Source: an uncultured Actinomycetes bacterium
Lineage (GTDB): Bacteria; Actinomycetota; Geothermincolia; Fen-727; JACVIW01
Direction: 5' to 3'
NCBI GenBank assembly: GCA_937127245.1
Contig: CAKZLU010000029.1
Coordinates: 67,502 to 131,501 of the forward strand
DNA: 64,000 bases
Shown here in pieces: positions 48,552-58,594 of the stretch. Made by a program: the position numbers and the translations under genes. The notes below the pieces were generated by a model. The model saw only the letters and a list, made by a program, of their open reading frames with translations, searched no databases and was not told where the DNA came from. Every line of letters begins with the position of its first letter. Position 1 is the stretch's first letter.

Positions 48552-48900
48552 TTATTTTGCAGTGTATCACTGGTTGAGCATGAATTCAAGAGGCTTCTTG
48601 TATACCGAAAGGGTAAAAGGAGTTAATGGCTTATTATTCATCTATGTTTGCAGTGTAAGGACCTCCTTTCCCTAATAATCCGAGGGGAATGTCTGAAGTG
48701 TCCATCATTTTATGGAGGTCGTATGGTCTATTGAGGAATTATAAGTGGACACAGGGATTTCACATTCTTGGTTTTTCGTTTCTTTGAAGTGAAAAAGTAA
48801 AAAGATATGATACTGTATGTTTTCAAAAATGGTTACCCTAATCCTCACCGAGATGTGCTGAACTCACATGGGATTTCCTGGGAGTTGAAAGGAGGAATCC

Positions 48901-50124
48901 ATGAAGGCGATAAGATTCAACGCGACGGTGTTCAGATACCTTTTCGCAAAGTCCGCGGGTAAGATTAAGAAAGAAGCTTTCTACAAAGGACCCTTCGCGC
49001 CCGTGTATTTGGATGACATCCCCGAGCCTCAGCTGATAAACGAACGCTGGGTCAAGATTAAAACCATATACGGTGGCGTATGCGGAAGCGACATAAACAT
49101 GATTTTTCTCGAGGATACCCCTTACACAGAACCTTACGTCACAATGCCGTACACCATCGGACATGAGAATGTGGGTGTGATAGTTGAAAAGGGTAGCGAG
49201 GTTACTGAGTTTGACATCGGGGATAGAGTTGTCGCTGATCCGATGCTGCCCTGCGCGGCGCGAGATATCGAGCCTGTTTGTTTTTCCTGTGAAAGAGGTG
49301 ACTATTCTCAGTGCTTGAACATGCGTGAGGGTACCCTTCCTCCGGGTCTTAACCTGGGCTTTTGTACTCCGGTTGGTGGTTCCTGGAGCGAGTTTTTTGT
49401 CGCACATAAAAGCCAATTGATGAGGGTCCCGGTTGGGATGACGGATGAGCAGGCGATAATGATAGATGTCTTCTCGAGCGCCCTCCACCCTGTTATGAGG
49501 AATCTCCCCGAAAAAGGACAAACCGTTCTTGTTTACGGCTGCGGCATCATCGGAATGCTGGTCACGGTTTCGCTGAAAGCGCTTTCTGACTGCCGCGTCA
49601 TTGTCATTGCAAGGTATCCTTTCCAGGCAGACGTTGCGCGGGGTTTCGGGGCTGACGAGGTGATAATGCAAAGAGAAGTTGAGGACATATATGCGGCGGT
49701 TGCGTCTTTGACAGACGCCACGATTCTCAAGCCAATGATTGGTGACAGATATCTGAACGGTGGTCCCGATATCGTTTTCGATTGTGTGGGGCACAGCGAG
49801 ACCGTGAACGATTCGTTGCGAATGACGAAATCAGGTGGAAAGATAGTTTTGATAGGCTTGGTCACAATTCCTCGCGGCATAGATTGGACGCCGATATGGT
49901 TCAAAGAACTCACCATCAAAGGGACGCTTTGTTCATCCACTGAAACCCACGAGGGCAGGACCCAGAAGACGTATGCCTGGGCGGCGGAGCTTATCATGAG
50001 CGGCAAGGTGAAGGTTGATCATCTCCTAACCCATGTTTGGAGGCTCGAGGATTACGTGAAGATGATCGAGACCGCGACAACCAAGGGAAACACGGGCTGC
50101 ATAAAACAAGCCTTCCGTCTTTAG
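48901..50124 (+). CDS. Zinc-dependent medium-chain alcohol dehydrogenase family (threonine/sorbitol dehydrogenase-like)
   Basis: Catalytic Zn ligands GGVCGSD...GHE and structural-Zn cysteines CxxC....C. A Rossmann motif LVYGCGIIG is present. Confidence 0.75.
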   Translation: MKAIRFNATVFRYLFAKSAGKIKKEAFYKGPFAPVYLDDIPEPQLINERWVKIKTIYGGVCGSDINMIFLEDTPYTEPYVTMPYTIGHENVGVIVEKGSEVTEFDIGDRVVADPMLPCAARDIEPVCFSCERGDYSQCLNMREGTLPPGLNLGFCTPVGGSWSEFFVAHKSQLMRVPVGMTDEQAIMIDVFSSALHPVMRNLPEKGQTVLVYGCGIIGMLVTVSLKALSDCRVIVIARYPFQADVARGFGADEVIMQREVEDIYAAVASLTDATILKPMIGDRYLNGGPDIVFDCVGHSETVNDSLRMTKSGGKIVLIGLVTIPRGIDWTPIWFKELTIKGTLCSSTETHEGRTQKTYAWAAELIMSGKVKVDHLLTHVWRLEDYVKMIETATTKGNTGCIKQAFRL

Positions 50125-50268
50125 GCAAAAGAGTTGCTGCTGGAGGAATCGGCGCGGTTACGCTTCCGCGAAAGGTTAATAAAGACAACAGACGCTAATT
50201 TCCCTTCTTCTTTGGACGGGCTCCACCTTTCATGTACTTGTCTTCATCGCGAGTTTTTTCCGGGCATT

Positions 50269-51165
50269 TCACAGGTGTACTTTAAGTTCTCTCGAGACAA
50301 AATCGCGATACGCTTCATGCAGCTTTCTTGTGATTTGACCGGGAATACCCTTTCCGATTATCTCACCCTCAACTTTCGTGACCGGAACTATTTCCACAAG
50401 GCTATTTGTGAGAAAAATCTCGTCCGCGGAAAAAAGGTGAGAAAGATCAGATACCACGAAATCAATTTCAATTTCCAAACCGCGTGCGATTTCGCAAACA
50501 ACATCCCGGGTTATGCCAGGAAGCAGTGCGCATCTTTTGGCGGGGGTCGATAATCTATTTCCGCGCACCATGGATATATTGGAAGTCGTTGCCTCGGATA
50601 TGAAACCGTTTGTCGTGAGGAAGATGGCGTCGTCTGCTCCTCTCTCGATCGCTTCCTGACGGGCGATAAGACTATCAAGATAGTTTCCTGTTTTCATGAA
50701 CGGTACCGGTGAGTGCGGGTTTTTCCTGATCTGTGAAATTATGACCGAAATGCCCTTCTTGTAAAAGCGCTGAGGAGGTGGGACATATTCCCTTGCTATT
50801 ATAAAGAAGTTAGGCAACTCTTCTCTGCGCAAATCGGGAGTTCCGCTCGCCTTTCCCCCGGTAAGCGTGATCCTAACGTAGGCGTCCACTCCCTGCTGAT
50901 CCAAGTCGTTGGCGCGTATGGTTAATTCCACGGCCCTTTCGATTTCGCTCCGATTAAACGGACATTTCAAGCGGAAAAAAGCGCATGCTTTTTCAAGTCT
51001 TGCGATGTGTTTGGATAGACGGAAAGGCTTTCCGCTGTAAGCCCTGACAGTCTCAAAAATTGAATCGCCGTAAAGGACTGCCCTGTCATCAACAGGTATC
51101 GCGGCTTTAGATGCCGGAAGAATCTCGCCGTTGAGAAATACTTTCATCAACGAACCTCTATTCAA
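50269..51165 (-). CDS. pabC: Class IV (fold-type IV) PLP enzyme, aminodeoxychorismate lyase-like
   Basis: It has the class IV aminotransferase/lyase fold length and motifs. It is the last gene after the chorismate-utilising components I and II, so BCAT cannot be excluded. Confidence 0.55.
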   Translation of the reverse strand: MNRGSLMKVFLNGEILPASKAAIPVDDRAVLYGDSIFETVRAYSGKPFRLSKHIARLEKACAFFRLKCPFNRSEIERAVELTIRANDLDQQGVDAYVRITLTGGKASGTPDLRREELPNFFIIAREYVPPPQRFYKKGISVIISQIRKNPHSPVPFMKTGNYLDSLIARQEAIERGADDAIFLTTNGFISEATTSNISMVRGNRLSTPAKRCALLPGITRDVVCEIARGLEIEIDFVVSDLSHLFSADEIFLTNSLVEIVPVTKVEGEIIGKGIPGQITRKLHEAYRDFVSRELKVHL

Positions 51166-51217
51166 AAGGATAGTGTGATATTTCTTATTACCTTTGAAAC
51201 CATCAAATGCAAAGTTT

Positions 51218-52672
51218 TCAGGAATCAGCCCCCGTTATCGCGGTGAAAAGCGCTTTCCCTTTATCAAGCGTCTCTTGGTATTCTGCCTCAGGATCGCTGT
51301 CCGCAACAATTCCTCCGCCCACCTGGAAATAGACTTTGCCATTGGCGATTATCATTGATCTTATCGCGATGTTGATATCGTGGTTTCCGTCAAAACCCAA
51401 ATAACCGATCCCTCCCGTATAAACGCTTCTCACGGTAGGCTCAAGTTCATCTATGATCTCCATAGACCTTATTTTCGGCGCTCCTGTGATAGATCCTCCA
51501 GGGAAAGACGCTTTTAGTAGGTCCACAACGTCCTTGTCTTCTCTGAGTGTCCCAACGACAGTCGAGACGAGATGATGGACGGTTGCGTAGGACTCAAGCA
51601 CCTCGTGCTCCGTAACTTTCACGCTGCCGTATGAGCAGACCCTTCCCAGGTCGTTTCTCTCCAGGTCAACGATCATTGAAAGTTCCGCCCTGTCTTTGAC
51701 GCTTGAAAGAAGTAGTTCCTTTTGTCTTGAGTCGAGTTCTGGATCATCCAACCTTCTTATCGTTCCCTTTATCGGACGGGTCTCGACTTCACTTCCCCTT
51801 ACCGCGAGGAATCTCTCGGGAGACGAAGAAGCAACGGCATAAGACCCAAAATTTAAAAATGCGCTGAAAGGCGCGGCGTTTACCACCCTGAGCCTGCGGT
51901 ACAGGTCCCACGGATGCTCTCTGAGCTGACAGCTAAAACGCTGTGAGAGATTCGCTTGATAGATATCTCCGGCAAGTATATACTCCTTCACTTTCTTTAC
52001 CGCCTCAATGTACTGGTCTTTGGTAAAGGTACATTCAAAATCCTGATTCCTTGTGGAAATTCTCTGTCCGCAATCATTGCCGTTGTGCCGGATTTTCTTT
52101 GAGAAAGCATCTTCAATCACGGAAAACTTTTTTTCGGGTCTTTCGCCTGGTGCTGAAGTGACGAGCATGTATTTTTCTCCGGATACGTGGTCAATCGCGA
52201 TCACCTTGTCATAGAAGCAGAAAAAAGTCTCTGGAAGATGAAGGTCGTCAACCGCGCGCCCCGGCAGTCTCTCGATGTACCTTCCAAGTTCGTAGGCGAG
52301 ATAGCCTATCGCGCCACCCACGAACGGGGGAAGCCCCTCAGGTCTGCTATCCGGGTCTATTTCCACTTGCCTGAGAGCCACCCTTAAAGCATCAAATGGA
52401 TTCATTTGCAAGGAGCGAACAGTTCCATCTCGGTATGAGAAGATAGCGTTCCTGCCGTTAGTGTGAAGTGTCATAAATGGCGAAAATCCTATGAACGAAT
52501 GAAGACCGAATTTCGGCATGAGAAGGCTCGAATCGAGAAAGCAAGAGTAAGGTAGGCTCGAGACCTTATCGAATATCTCAACCGCGCCTTCTTCGCTTGT
52601 CAATCTTTTCACGTGAAGAACAACCTCTTTGCTCTTCCCCCGCCTTTTCAACCCTGTTGTTTCCATCCTCAA
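51218..52672 (-). CDS. pabB: Aminodeoxychorismate (or anthranilate) synthase component I, chorismate-binding
   Basis: The chorismate-binding C-terminal domain (GAPKIRSMEIIDELE, GGGIVADS) is present. It overlaps upstream component II (ATGA). Confidence 0.75.
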   Translation of the reverse strand: MRMETTGLKRRGKSKEVVLHVKRLTSEEGAVEIFDKVSSLPYSCFLDSSLLMPKFGLHSFIGFSPFMTLHTNGRNAIFSYRDGTVRSLQMNPFDALRVALRQVEIDPDSRPEGLPPFVGGAIGYLAYELGRYIERLPGRAVDDLHLPETFFCFYDKVIAIDHVSGEKYMLVTSAPGERPEKKFSVIEDAFSKKIRHNGNDCGQRISTRNQDFECTFTKDQYIEAVKKVKEYILAGDIYQANLSQRFSCQLREHPWDLYRRLRVVNAAPFSAFLNFGSYAVASSSPERFLAVRGSEVETRPIKGTIRRLDDPELDSRQKELLLSSVKDRAELSMIVDLERNDLGRVCSYGSVKVTEHEVLESYATVHHLVSTVVGTLREDKDVVDLLKASFPGGSITGAPKIRSMEIIDELEPTVRSVYTGGIGYLGFDGNHDINIAIRSMIIANGKVYFQVGGGIVADSDPEAEYQETLDKGKALFTAITGADS

Positions 52673-53244
52673 TCCTCCAGGAAGTTGGCAAGTAGTTGGA
52701 TACCGTATTCCGTCATGAAAGACTCCGGGTGAAATTGAATGCCTTCAATTGGATAATTTTTATGTCTTAGCCCCATTATCACGCCCTCCTCGGTGGTGGA
52801 TGAGACCTCAAGGCAGGTGGGGAGATTTTCCGGATCAACCACAAGAGAATGGTAGCGCGCGGCGCTAAGCGGAGAGGGAAGCCCCTTGAAAACTCCCTTC
52901 CCGTCATGGAAAACCCTTGAGGTCTTGCCGTGCATCACCTGCGGCGCTCTTACAATTCTGCCCCCAAATACTTCTCCGATGCATTGATGCCCAAGGCAAA
53001 CGCCCAGCGTCTTTATTCTTTTGCCAAACTCTTGTATCACTGTTTTGCTGATTCCAGCATCCGATGGGGCTTTTGGTCCCGGGGAAATAACTATCCGTGA
53101 TGGTGATAGCTTTTCTATGTCTTCAATGGTAATTTCGTCATTTCGATATACGACCAAATCAGCGCCCAGAATACCGAGAAACTGGACTAGATTGTAGGTG
53201 AAAGAGTCGTAGTTATCGATCATAAGTATCTTTTTCCTCACCAT
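52669..53244 (-). CDS. pabA: Glutamine amidotransferase component II (PabA/TrpG type)
   Basis: Catalytic CLGHQ, and an HPESFMTE histidine/glutamate region. Confidence 0.75.
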   Translation of the reverse strand: MVRKKILMIDNYDSFTYNLVQFLGILGADLVVYRNDEITIEDIEKLSPSRIVISPGPKAPSDAGISKTVIQEFGKRIKTLGVCLGHQCIGEVFGGRIVRAPQVMHGKTSRVFHDGKGVFKGLPSPLSAARYHSLVVDPENLPTCLEVSSTTEEGVIMGLRHKNYPIEGIQFHPESFMTEYGIQLLANFLED

Positions 53245-53475
53245 AAAAGCTCCTTTAGTGAAAGCACCCAGCCTTGCGGCTGGGTGCCACGGTCATTCAA
53301 GTCCCGTGCCTGACATACCGTTGTGTCTTACTAATGCGCTTTATTTAAATTATCAGATTGCCTAAAGGGTTTTGCTGTCACATACTGCAGATATTGTCTG
53401 CAAACATATTTTACGAAATATGCAAACGCTGACAAGTTGAGTCGTGGTAATTTCCTTTTAAGATTCTTAAAACAC

Positions 53476-54297
53476 TCACCCTTCCAGCCCGAGCAGTTTG
53501 CGCGCGTTTTTATTGTACAAGTGCTCCCTTACGTCATCCGGTAGGTCGATTGAGGAAAGTTCTGTGACTATCCGCTGTCTTGAGACGAGAGGGAAATCAC
53601 TTCCGAAGAGACATTTCTCCTTAACCGGTCCCTTCATGTAACTGAAAACAAAGGCGGGTATCCTCTTCGGTGCCCAACCGGCAATGTTGAAATAAACGTT
53701 CTCGTTTCTGTGCACGACTGCCATTGCTTCCTCATACCAAGGCCAACCGAAGTGCGCGATTATCAGACGGAGTTCCGGCATGTCCACCGCTACTTCATCA
53801 ACGTCAATGGGGCGGCAATATTTAAGCTTCGTGCCGGTATGGAACTGGGTGCCGGTATGGAAGAGAACAGGAATACCGAGCTCGCAAGCCTCCTCATACA
53901 ATGGATACATCTTTTTGTCGTTAATTCTAAGTTCGAGAAGGTGGGGGAGAAGCTTCAGACCCTTGAGCCCATATTCGTTTACGGCGCGCCTCAATTCTTT
54001 CCTTGCCAAGACACCTTTATGTGGGTCAACACTCGCAAAACCGATTAGCCTGTCAGGATTTTCCGCGACGGTGCGCGCGACAAGTTCGTTGGAAACCTTA
54101 TAGTCCCAGATCGTCTCGGCATCTATCGCTACTACGACGGATTTGGAAACGCCCGCTGCGTTCATGTCGCTTATGGTGTCTTCGATGGTGGGAAGATTAT
54201 CCCCGAAGACGCGTATATAGCCCTCACGCATGGATTCGGGCATGGACATTATGGCCTCTTTAGTCCAAAGCTGTGCATGTGTGTCGATTATTTCCAT
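53476..54297 (-). CDS. Amidohydrolase-2 family metal-dependent TIM-barrel hydrolase
   Basis: N-terminal IDTHAQ (HxH-like), conserved His residues and a C-terminal GSDFP Asp motif. It contains an in-frame 18-bp tandem duplication (FHTGTQ-FHTGTK). Confidence 0.7.
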   Translation of the reverse strand: MEIIDTHAQLWTKEAIMSMPESMREGYIRVFGDNLPTIEDTISDMNAAGVSKSVVVAIDAETIWDYKVSNELVARTVAENPDRLIGFASVDPHKGVLARKELRRAVNEYGLKGLKLLPHLLELRINDKKMYPLYEEACELGIPVLFHTGTQFHTGTKLKYCRPIDVDEVAVDMPELRLIIAHFGWPWYEEAMAVVHRNENVYFNIAGWAPKRIPAFVFSYMKGPVKEKCLFGSDFPLVSRQRIVTELSSIDLPDDVREHLYNKNARKLLGLEG

Positions 54298-54764
54298 ATC
54301 GTCCTCCTTTGCTCATCTGTTTGAATTGTCATTCATTTTCCCGGCTTCATTTCTTCAGCATAGCAACAGTTATTTGCATGTTCTTGCAGCGCGGTTGAAT
54401 ATCTCAAACAACTTTTTTAAGTGCAGAGTAAATCACCACATACCCCTTAAGCGTTCGGGAAACAATATCCAGAAAGCCCTTTCTTCAATTAACATGTTCG
54501 CTTGTAACTATTCTATCCTTCTTCTCGGCGCATATAATCCTTGCTCGCAAAAAATCTGTCTGAAAAACCATGTCTTTTTGGAAAACAACAAGGTGGGTCA
54601 TTTCACCGTTTTTTAAAAATGTTCTCAAGATGAAAAGTGAGGGATTCATAGAGTTATCATTAGAACATGGATCCAACTGTGGCGGGAATAGATAATAAAT
54701 ATTTTTGGGCTGTTGTTTTTCTGAGGTGGAATCATACAAGAGGTTAAAGCCAAAGGAGGGGCTA

Positions 54765-55325
54765 ATGAGAATTTTTTGGGCTGTCGTCGCGCTGTGCTTG
54801 TCAATTGGAATGATTTTGGCGGCAAGTTGCGGAAAGGACACGACACGGGCAAGAAACTTAATGAAAGACGCTGATGAAGCTTGGCAGGTTTCCCTGGCGC
54901 AGATGGAGGGCATTGTGGAAGCGCAGGTCATGCTTGTCATGACTGCCGTGTCTGGAAAAACTGAGCATATTCAACCCGAAAAATTTTCAGATTTAACTGA
55001 GAGAATAATGTCTCTCATAGGGCAGTTACAGAAAGTAGCAGCGAAATACCAAAAAATGGAGAAAACTTCTGGGGTTGATGAGTACGAGAAGTACGCGTCG
55101 TTGATGAACGATGCGGTGGAAGCTCACATTGTCTGCGCTGAGTTAATAAAAGGGTTTTTTGACAGGCTTCAGCCCTTTTTTCAAAAGAAGGACGCGGTGG
55201 GTCTTACCGAAGAAATCAACAGGCTGGATGAAGAATTTGAGCAAATCGAAAACGCGAGAAATAAGGCAAATAGTCTCTTGAAAAAAGCGGCAGAGTATAG
55301 GAGAGAGAAAAACTTAGGCGGCTGA
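54765..55325 (+). CDS. Predicted lipoprotein, alpha-helical, unknown function
   Basis: Signal peptide MRIFWAVVALCLSIGMILAASC with lipobox LAAS-C. An AAGGAGG RBS precedes the ATG at 54765. Confidence 0.5.
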   Translation: MRIFWAVVALCLSIGMILAASCGKDTTRARNLMKDADEAWQVSLAQMEGIVEAQVMLVMTAVSGKTEHIQPEKFSDLTERIMSLIGQLQKVAAKYQKMEKTSGVDEYEKYASLMNDAVEAHIVCAELIKGFFDRLQPFFQKKDAVGLTEEINRLDEEFEQIENARNKANSLLKKAAEYRREKNLGG

Positions 55326-55384
55326 AGCTCGATTCATGCGTTTTGCGCTTGTTTTCATCTGTCTTTGAGTAGTTTGAGTCTGGC

Positions 55385-56932
55385 TTAAGAGTCTTCTACC
55401 GATTTTCGGAAGATTTCCTTTAGCGCGGGGTAAAGCTCCCTGAAAATCCGATAATTTTTTTCGTATCTTTCGAATAGGGATTTATCGGGTTCTATTGTTT
55501 CCGTGTAAGAGACGGATCTTTTGCAGGCTTCTTCGATGGTGGCGGACATGCCGCAGGCAACACCTCCGATGAGAGCGGCTCCGAACATGGCCGTGTCGCT
55601 TTGAGAACAGGCGGTTATTGGAAATCCGAAAACGTCGGCTTGTATCTGTTTCCAGATTTTCGATCGAGACCCTCCCCCGCCGGAAACAGCGAGTTTCGGC
55701 GATACCCCTAACTGGCTCATCAGTATGAAACTGTCTTTCAACCCGAAAGCGACACCCTCCATGATTGACCTGACCAAATGGGACCTCTTCTTGGTGAGGT
55801 CTATTCCGAAGAAGACGCCCCTCGCGTACGGGTCAGCATGTGGTGTCCGCTCTCCCGTAAGATAAGGAAGAAATATCAACCCCCCGCTTCCAGGAGGCGC
55901 GCTTTCTGCGGTTCTGTCGAGAAAAAAATAGGCGTCCTTTCCGCTTTGCGCAGCCTCTGTGACCTCGGGCTCACCGAGATTGTCCCGAAACCAGCGAAGC
56001 GAAAGCCCCGCCGAGAGCATTACACCCATAAGATACCAAGTTTCCGGCACCGCGTGGCAGAAGGAATGTATTCTCATCCCGGGATCCACAATGGGTTTTT
56101 TGGTTGGGGCAAGAACTGTCCCAGAAGACCCTATGCTTACTGCAACGCTCTCCGGGTTAATGACTCCCATACCCACAGCGCTTGCCGCGTTGTCTGCTGC
56201 TCCCGCGGCTACGGGGATGCCTTCAGGAATTCCCGTAGCCAAAGATGCATCCGCGGAAACCTTTCCCGCTACATGTGTTGATTCAATAACTGGTGGAAAG
56301 ATACTTTCAGGCAGAGCGAGCCCTGATATTACTTCGCTCGACCACCGCTTTTTCTTAACGTCAAAAAGAAGCGTTCCTGACGCGTCAGAGAAATCTGTGA
56401 CCAGGTTTCCCGTAAGCATAAGATTCACGAAGTCTTTCGGTAGAAGGAGGTGCGAGATTCTGCCGTACAACTGAGGTTCATGTTCCCTTATCCAGAGCAG
56501 TTTTGGCGCGGTGAAGCCCGGCAAAGCGGGATTCGAAACATAGGAAATCAGCTCTTTTTTCCCTAAGGTTTTGTTTATTTCCTCACATTGGGCGGAGGTT
56601 CGCTGGTCGCACCAGAGGATGCACGGGCGCAGAGGTCTCATATTCTTGTCGAGGACCACAGATCCGTGCATCTGCCCCGAAAGCCCCACGCCGGATATTC
56701 TTTTTATCTCAGAAGGATTTTTTTGCGAGATTCCCCGCAAAGCCCGCACTGTAGCTTCCCACCATAAAAGCGGGTCCTGTTCCGCCCACCCTGGGGCTGG
56801 CGTGGATGTTGGATAATCCTTTGAGGATGTGCAGATCACTTTACCGTTCATGTCGACAAGTCCCGCCTTGACACCCTGTGTGCCGATGTCAATTCCCAAA
56901 ACAAGGGGTTGGCTTTCTTTCCTGTCATCCAT
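55385..56932 (-). CDS. FGGY-family carbohydrate kinase (xylulokinase-like)
   Basis: N-terminal LGIDIGTQGVKAGL, FGGY_N/C domain lengths and a C-terminal GGGSRS motif. Confidence 0.8.
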   Translation of the reverse strand: MDDRKESQPLVLGIDIGTQGVKAGLVDMNGKVICTSSKDYPTSTPAPGWAEQDPLLWWEATVRALRGISQKNPSEIKRISGVGLSGQMHGSVVLDKNMRPLRPCILWCDQRTSAQCEEINKTLGKKELISYVSNPALPGFTAPKLLWIREHEPQLYGRISHLLLPKDFVNLMLTGNLVTDFSDASGTLLFDVKKKRWSSEVISGLALPESIFPPVIESTHVAGKVSADASLATGIPEGIPVAAGAADNAASAVGMGVINPESVAVSIGSSGTVLAPTKKPIVDPGMRIHSFCHAVPETWYLMGVMLSAGLSLRWFRDNLGEPEVTEAAQSGKDAYFFLDRTAESAPPGSGGLIFLPYLTGERTPHADPYARGVFFGIDLTKKRSHLVRSIMEGVAFGLKDSFILMSQLGVSPKLAVSGGGGSRSKIWKQIQADVFGFPITACSQSDTAMFGAALIGGVACGMSATIEEACKRSVSYTETIEPDKSLFERYEKNYRIFRELYPALKEIFRKSVEDS

Positions 56933-57113
56933 CTCAGCCTCCGGGTAAGATTCCTTCTTTCATCCGCTTTATTAGCTTTGCGCGTTAACAAGGATTTTAC
57001 TCTATGCCTAAAGGATTTCTGATACACTATCAAAAGGTGTTAACTTGACGTTTTTTCAGGAATGCTTTGGTTACCGAAATTTGCCTGCTTCCTTTTCTTC
57101 TTGAAAGGGGCGT

Positions 57114-57740
57114 GTGAACATGGAAACTGCTGTACTTGAGGCGATGAAGGAAGTCCATAAAACCGCCGTTGAGATGTCAAAGAGGGGTCTTGTGGCAGGG
57201 ACGTCCGGCAATTGCTCGGCTAAAGTCCCCAATATGGACCTGATTGTTATCACCCCAACCTCGATTGAGTATGAACTTCTACTTGCTGAGGACATGTGCG
57301 TGATAAACATGAACGGAGAACAGGTGGAAGGCAGGTACTCGCCATCGGTTGAGATCAATATGCATCTTGAGATATACCGCGCCCGAGAGGATGTGGGCGG
57401 AATCGTTCATACCCACCAAACGATGGCAACGGCGATATCCACCACGGGACAAGGCATACCCCCGATACTCGAGGAGCAAGTTTTTAAACTCGGCGGTGCT
57501 GTCGAAATCGCGGAATACGCGCTCCCCGGGACAAAGGAGCTTGCCATGAGTGCTGTAAAGGCGTTGGGCGACAGGAAAGCGTGTCTGCTGCCTCATCACG
57601 GCGCGGTTACCGTTGGGCCGAAGGTGCGTGATGCGCTTTTGAACGCCGAAATCCTCGAGCGCACAGCTTATGCTTTTATCATCTCGCATCTCGTGGGCGG
57701 TCCCAAAATAGTCCCGTTCATGGAGGTTACCCATCCGTAA
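57114..57740 (+). CDS. Class II aldolase/adducin-family protein (L-fuculose-phosphate aldolase / L-ribulose-5-P 4-epimerase-like)
   Basis: GTSGNCS motif, metal ligands E...HTHQ and a later H; about 208 aa. Confidence 0.75.
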   Translation: MNMETAVLEAMKEVHKTAVEMSKRGLVAGTSGNCSAKVPNMDLIVITPTSIEYELLLAEDMCVINMNGEQVEGRYSPSVEINMHLEIYRAREDVGGIVHTHQTMATAISTTGQGIPPILEEQVFKLGGAVEIAEYALPGTKELAMSAVKALGDRKACLLPHHGAVTVGPKVRDALLNAEILERTAYAFIISHLVGGPKIVPFMEVTHP

Positions 57741-57800
57741 GAGGTTTTCGATGGTTTCGCGTTAATCGGAGAAGGTTCAGAATAATTCCTGTTTACATTG

Positions 57801-58592
57801 CTATTTTTGACATCTGGGACAGTAGTAGCTGCTTCTCCCCCCAATTGAGACTTTCTTTAAAACGGTACCGCACTTTGGACAGGCTCCATTTTTTTTCCTG
57901 TGGGGAATGATGAATAAATCCGGACGCTTTTCGAGTTCGGCATTGAGAGCTATCGCACGCTTCAGTGTCCATTTCGTCTTTTCGTAAAGCGCGCGAATTT
58001 CTTCTTCGGAAAGTTTATCTACTGGTCGCTCTGGATTAATTCCCGCCTGGAAAGCAATCTCATCAGAGTATATGTTACCTATGCCCGCAATTCGCTCCTG
58101 GTCCATTAACGCTTGATGTATTGTGGTTTTTGTTCCTCTTAACGCTTCTCTGAAACGAGCGTAAGTGAACTTACGGTCGAGAGGTTCTGGACCGAGTTTC
58201 GATACGTCCTCGATTTCATCTTCATTGAGGGTTGGAAATAGCGATACCTTTCCTATCATTCTCAAATTGGTGTAATGAAGCGATCCTTTGTCAAATATGA
58301 ACTCCACGCGCGAATAGGGCGGGGCTGGCTCGCCCTTCTTTGTGTAGACTATGTCGCCTGTCATTCCGAAGTGAAGAAGCAAGGTGCTGTTCTTGTTGGT
58401 TGCCACAAGCAGATATTTACCCCTACGTTTTACGGATGTAAACTCCGCTCCTTTTAGAGCGCGCGAAAAAGCGGTCGGCTTGATGCCCTCAAGGATTCTT
58501 TCGTCCCTGACCAAGACTTTTTTCAAAGGCTCACCGAGTCCAAAACTCTCTATCCGCGATTTCCTTGCTTCCACATCGGGCAGTTCCGGCAT
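57801..58592 (-). CDS. mutM: Formamidopyrimidine-DNA glycosylase (Fpg/Nei family)
   Basis: The N-terminal MPELPDVE has the catalytic Pro2-Glu3. A C-terminal zinc finger CPKCG...CPRCQ is present. The ORF-track start at 58601 adds 3 residues. Confidence 0.8.
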   Translation of the reverse strand: MPELPDVEARKSRIESFGLGEPLKKVLVRDERILEGIKPTAFSRALKGAEFTSVKRRGKYLLVATNKNSTLLLHFGMTGDIVYTKKGEPAPPYSRVEFIFDKGSLHYTNLRMIGKVSLFPTLNEDEIEDVSKLGPEPLDRKFTYARFREALRGTKTTIHQALMDQERIAGIGNIYSDEIAFQAGINPERPVDKLSEEEIRALYEKTKWTLKRAIALNAELEKRPDLFIIPHRKKNGACPKCGTVLKKVSIGGRSSYYCPRCQK

Positions 58593-58594
58593 TT

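Noticed and set aside
56950-57110. GTTAAC-flanked imperfect inverted repeat in the xylulokinase/aldolase divergent promoter, considered as a sugar-regulator operator
   Set aside because: The repeat arms match only partially and no regulator gene is adjacent. Evidence is too weak to call.
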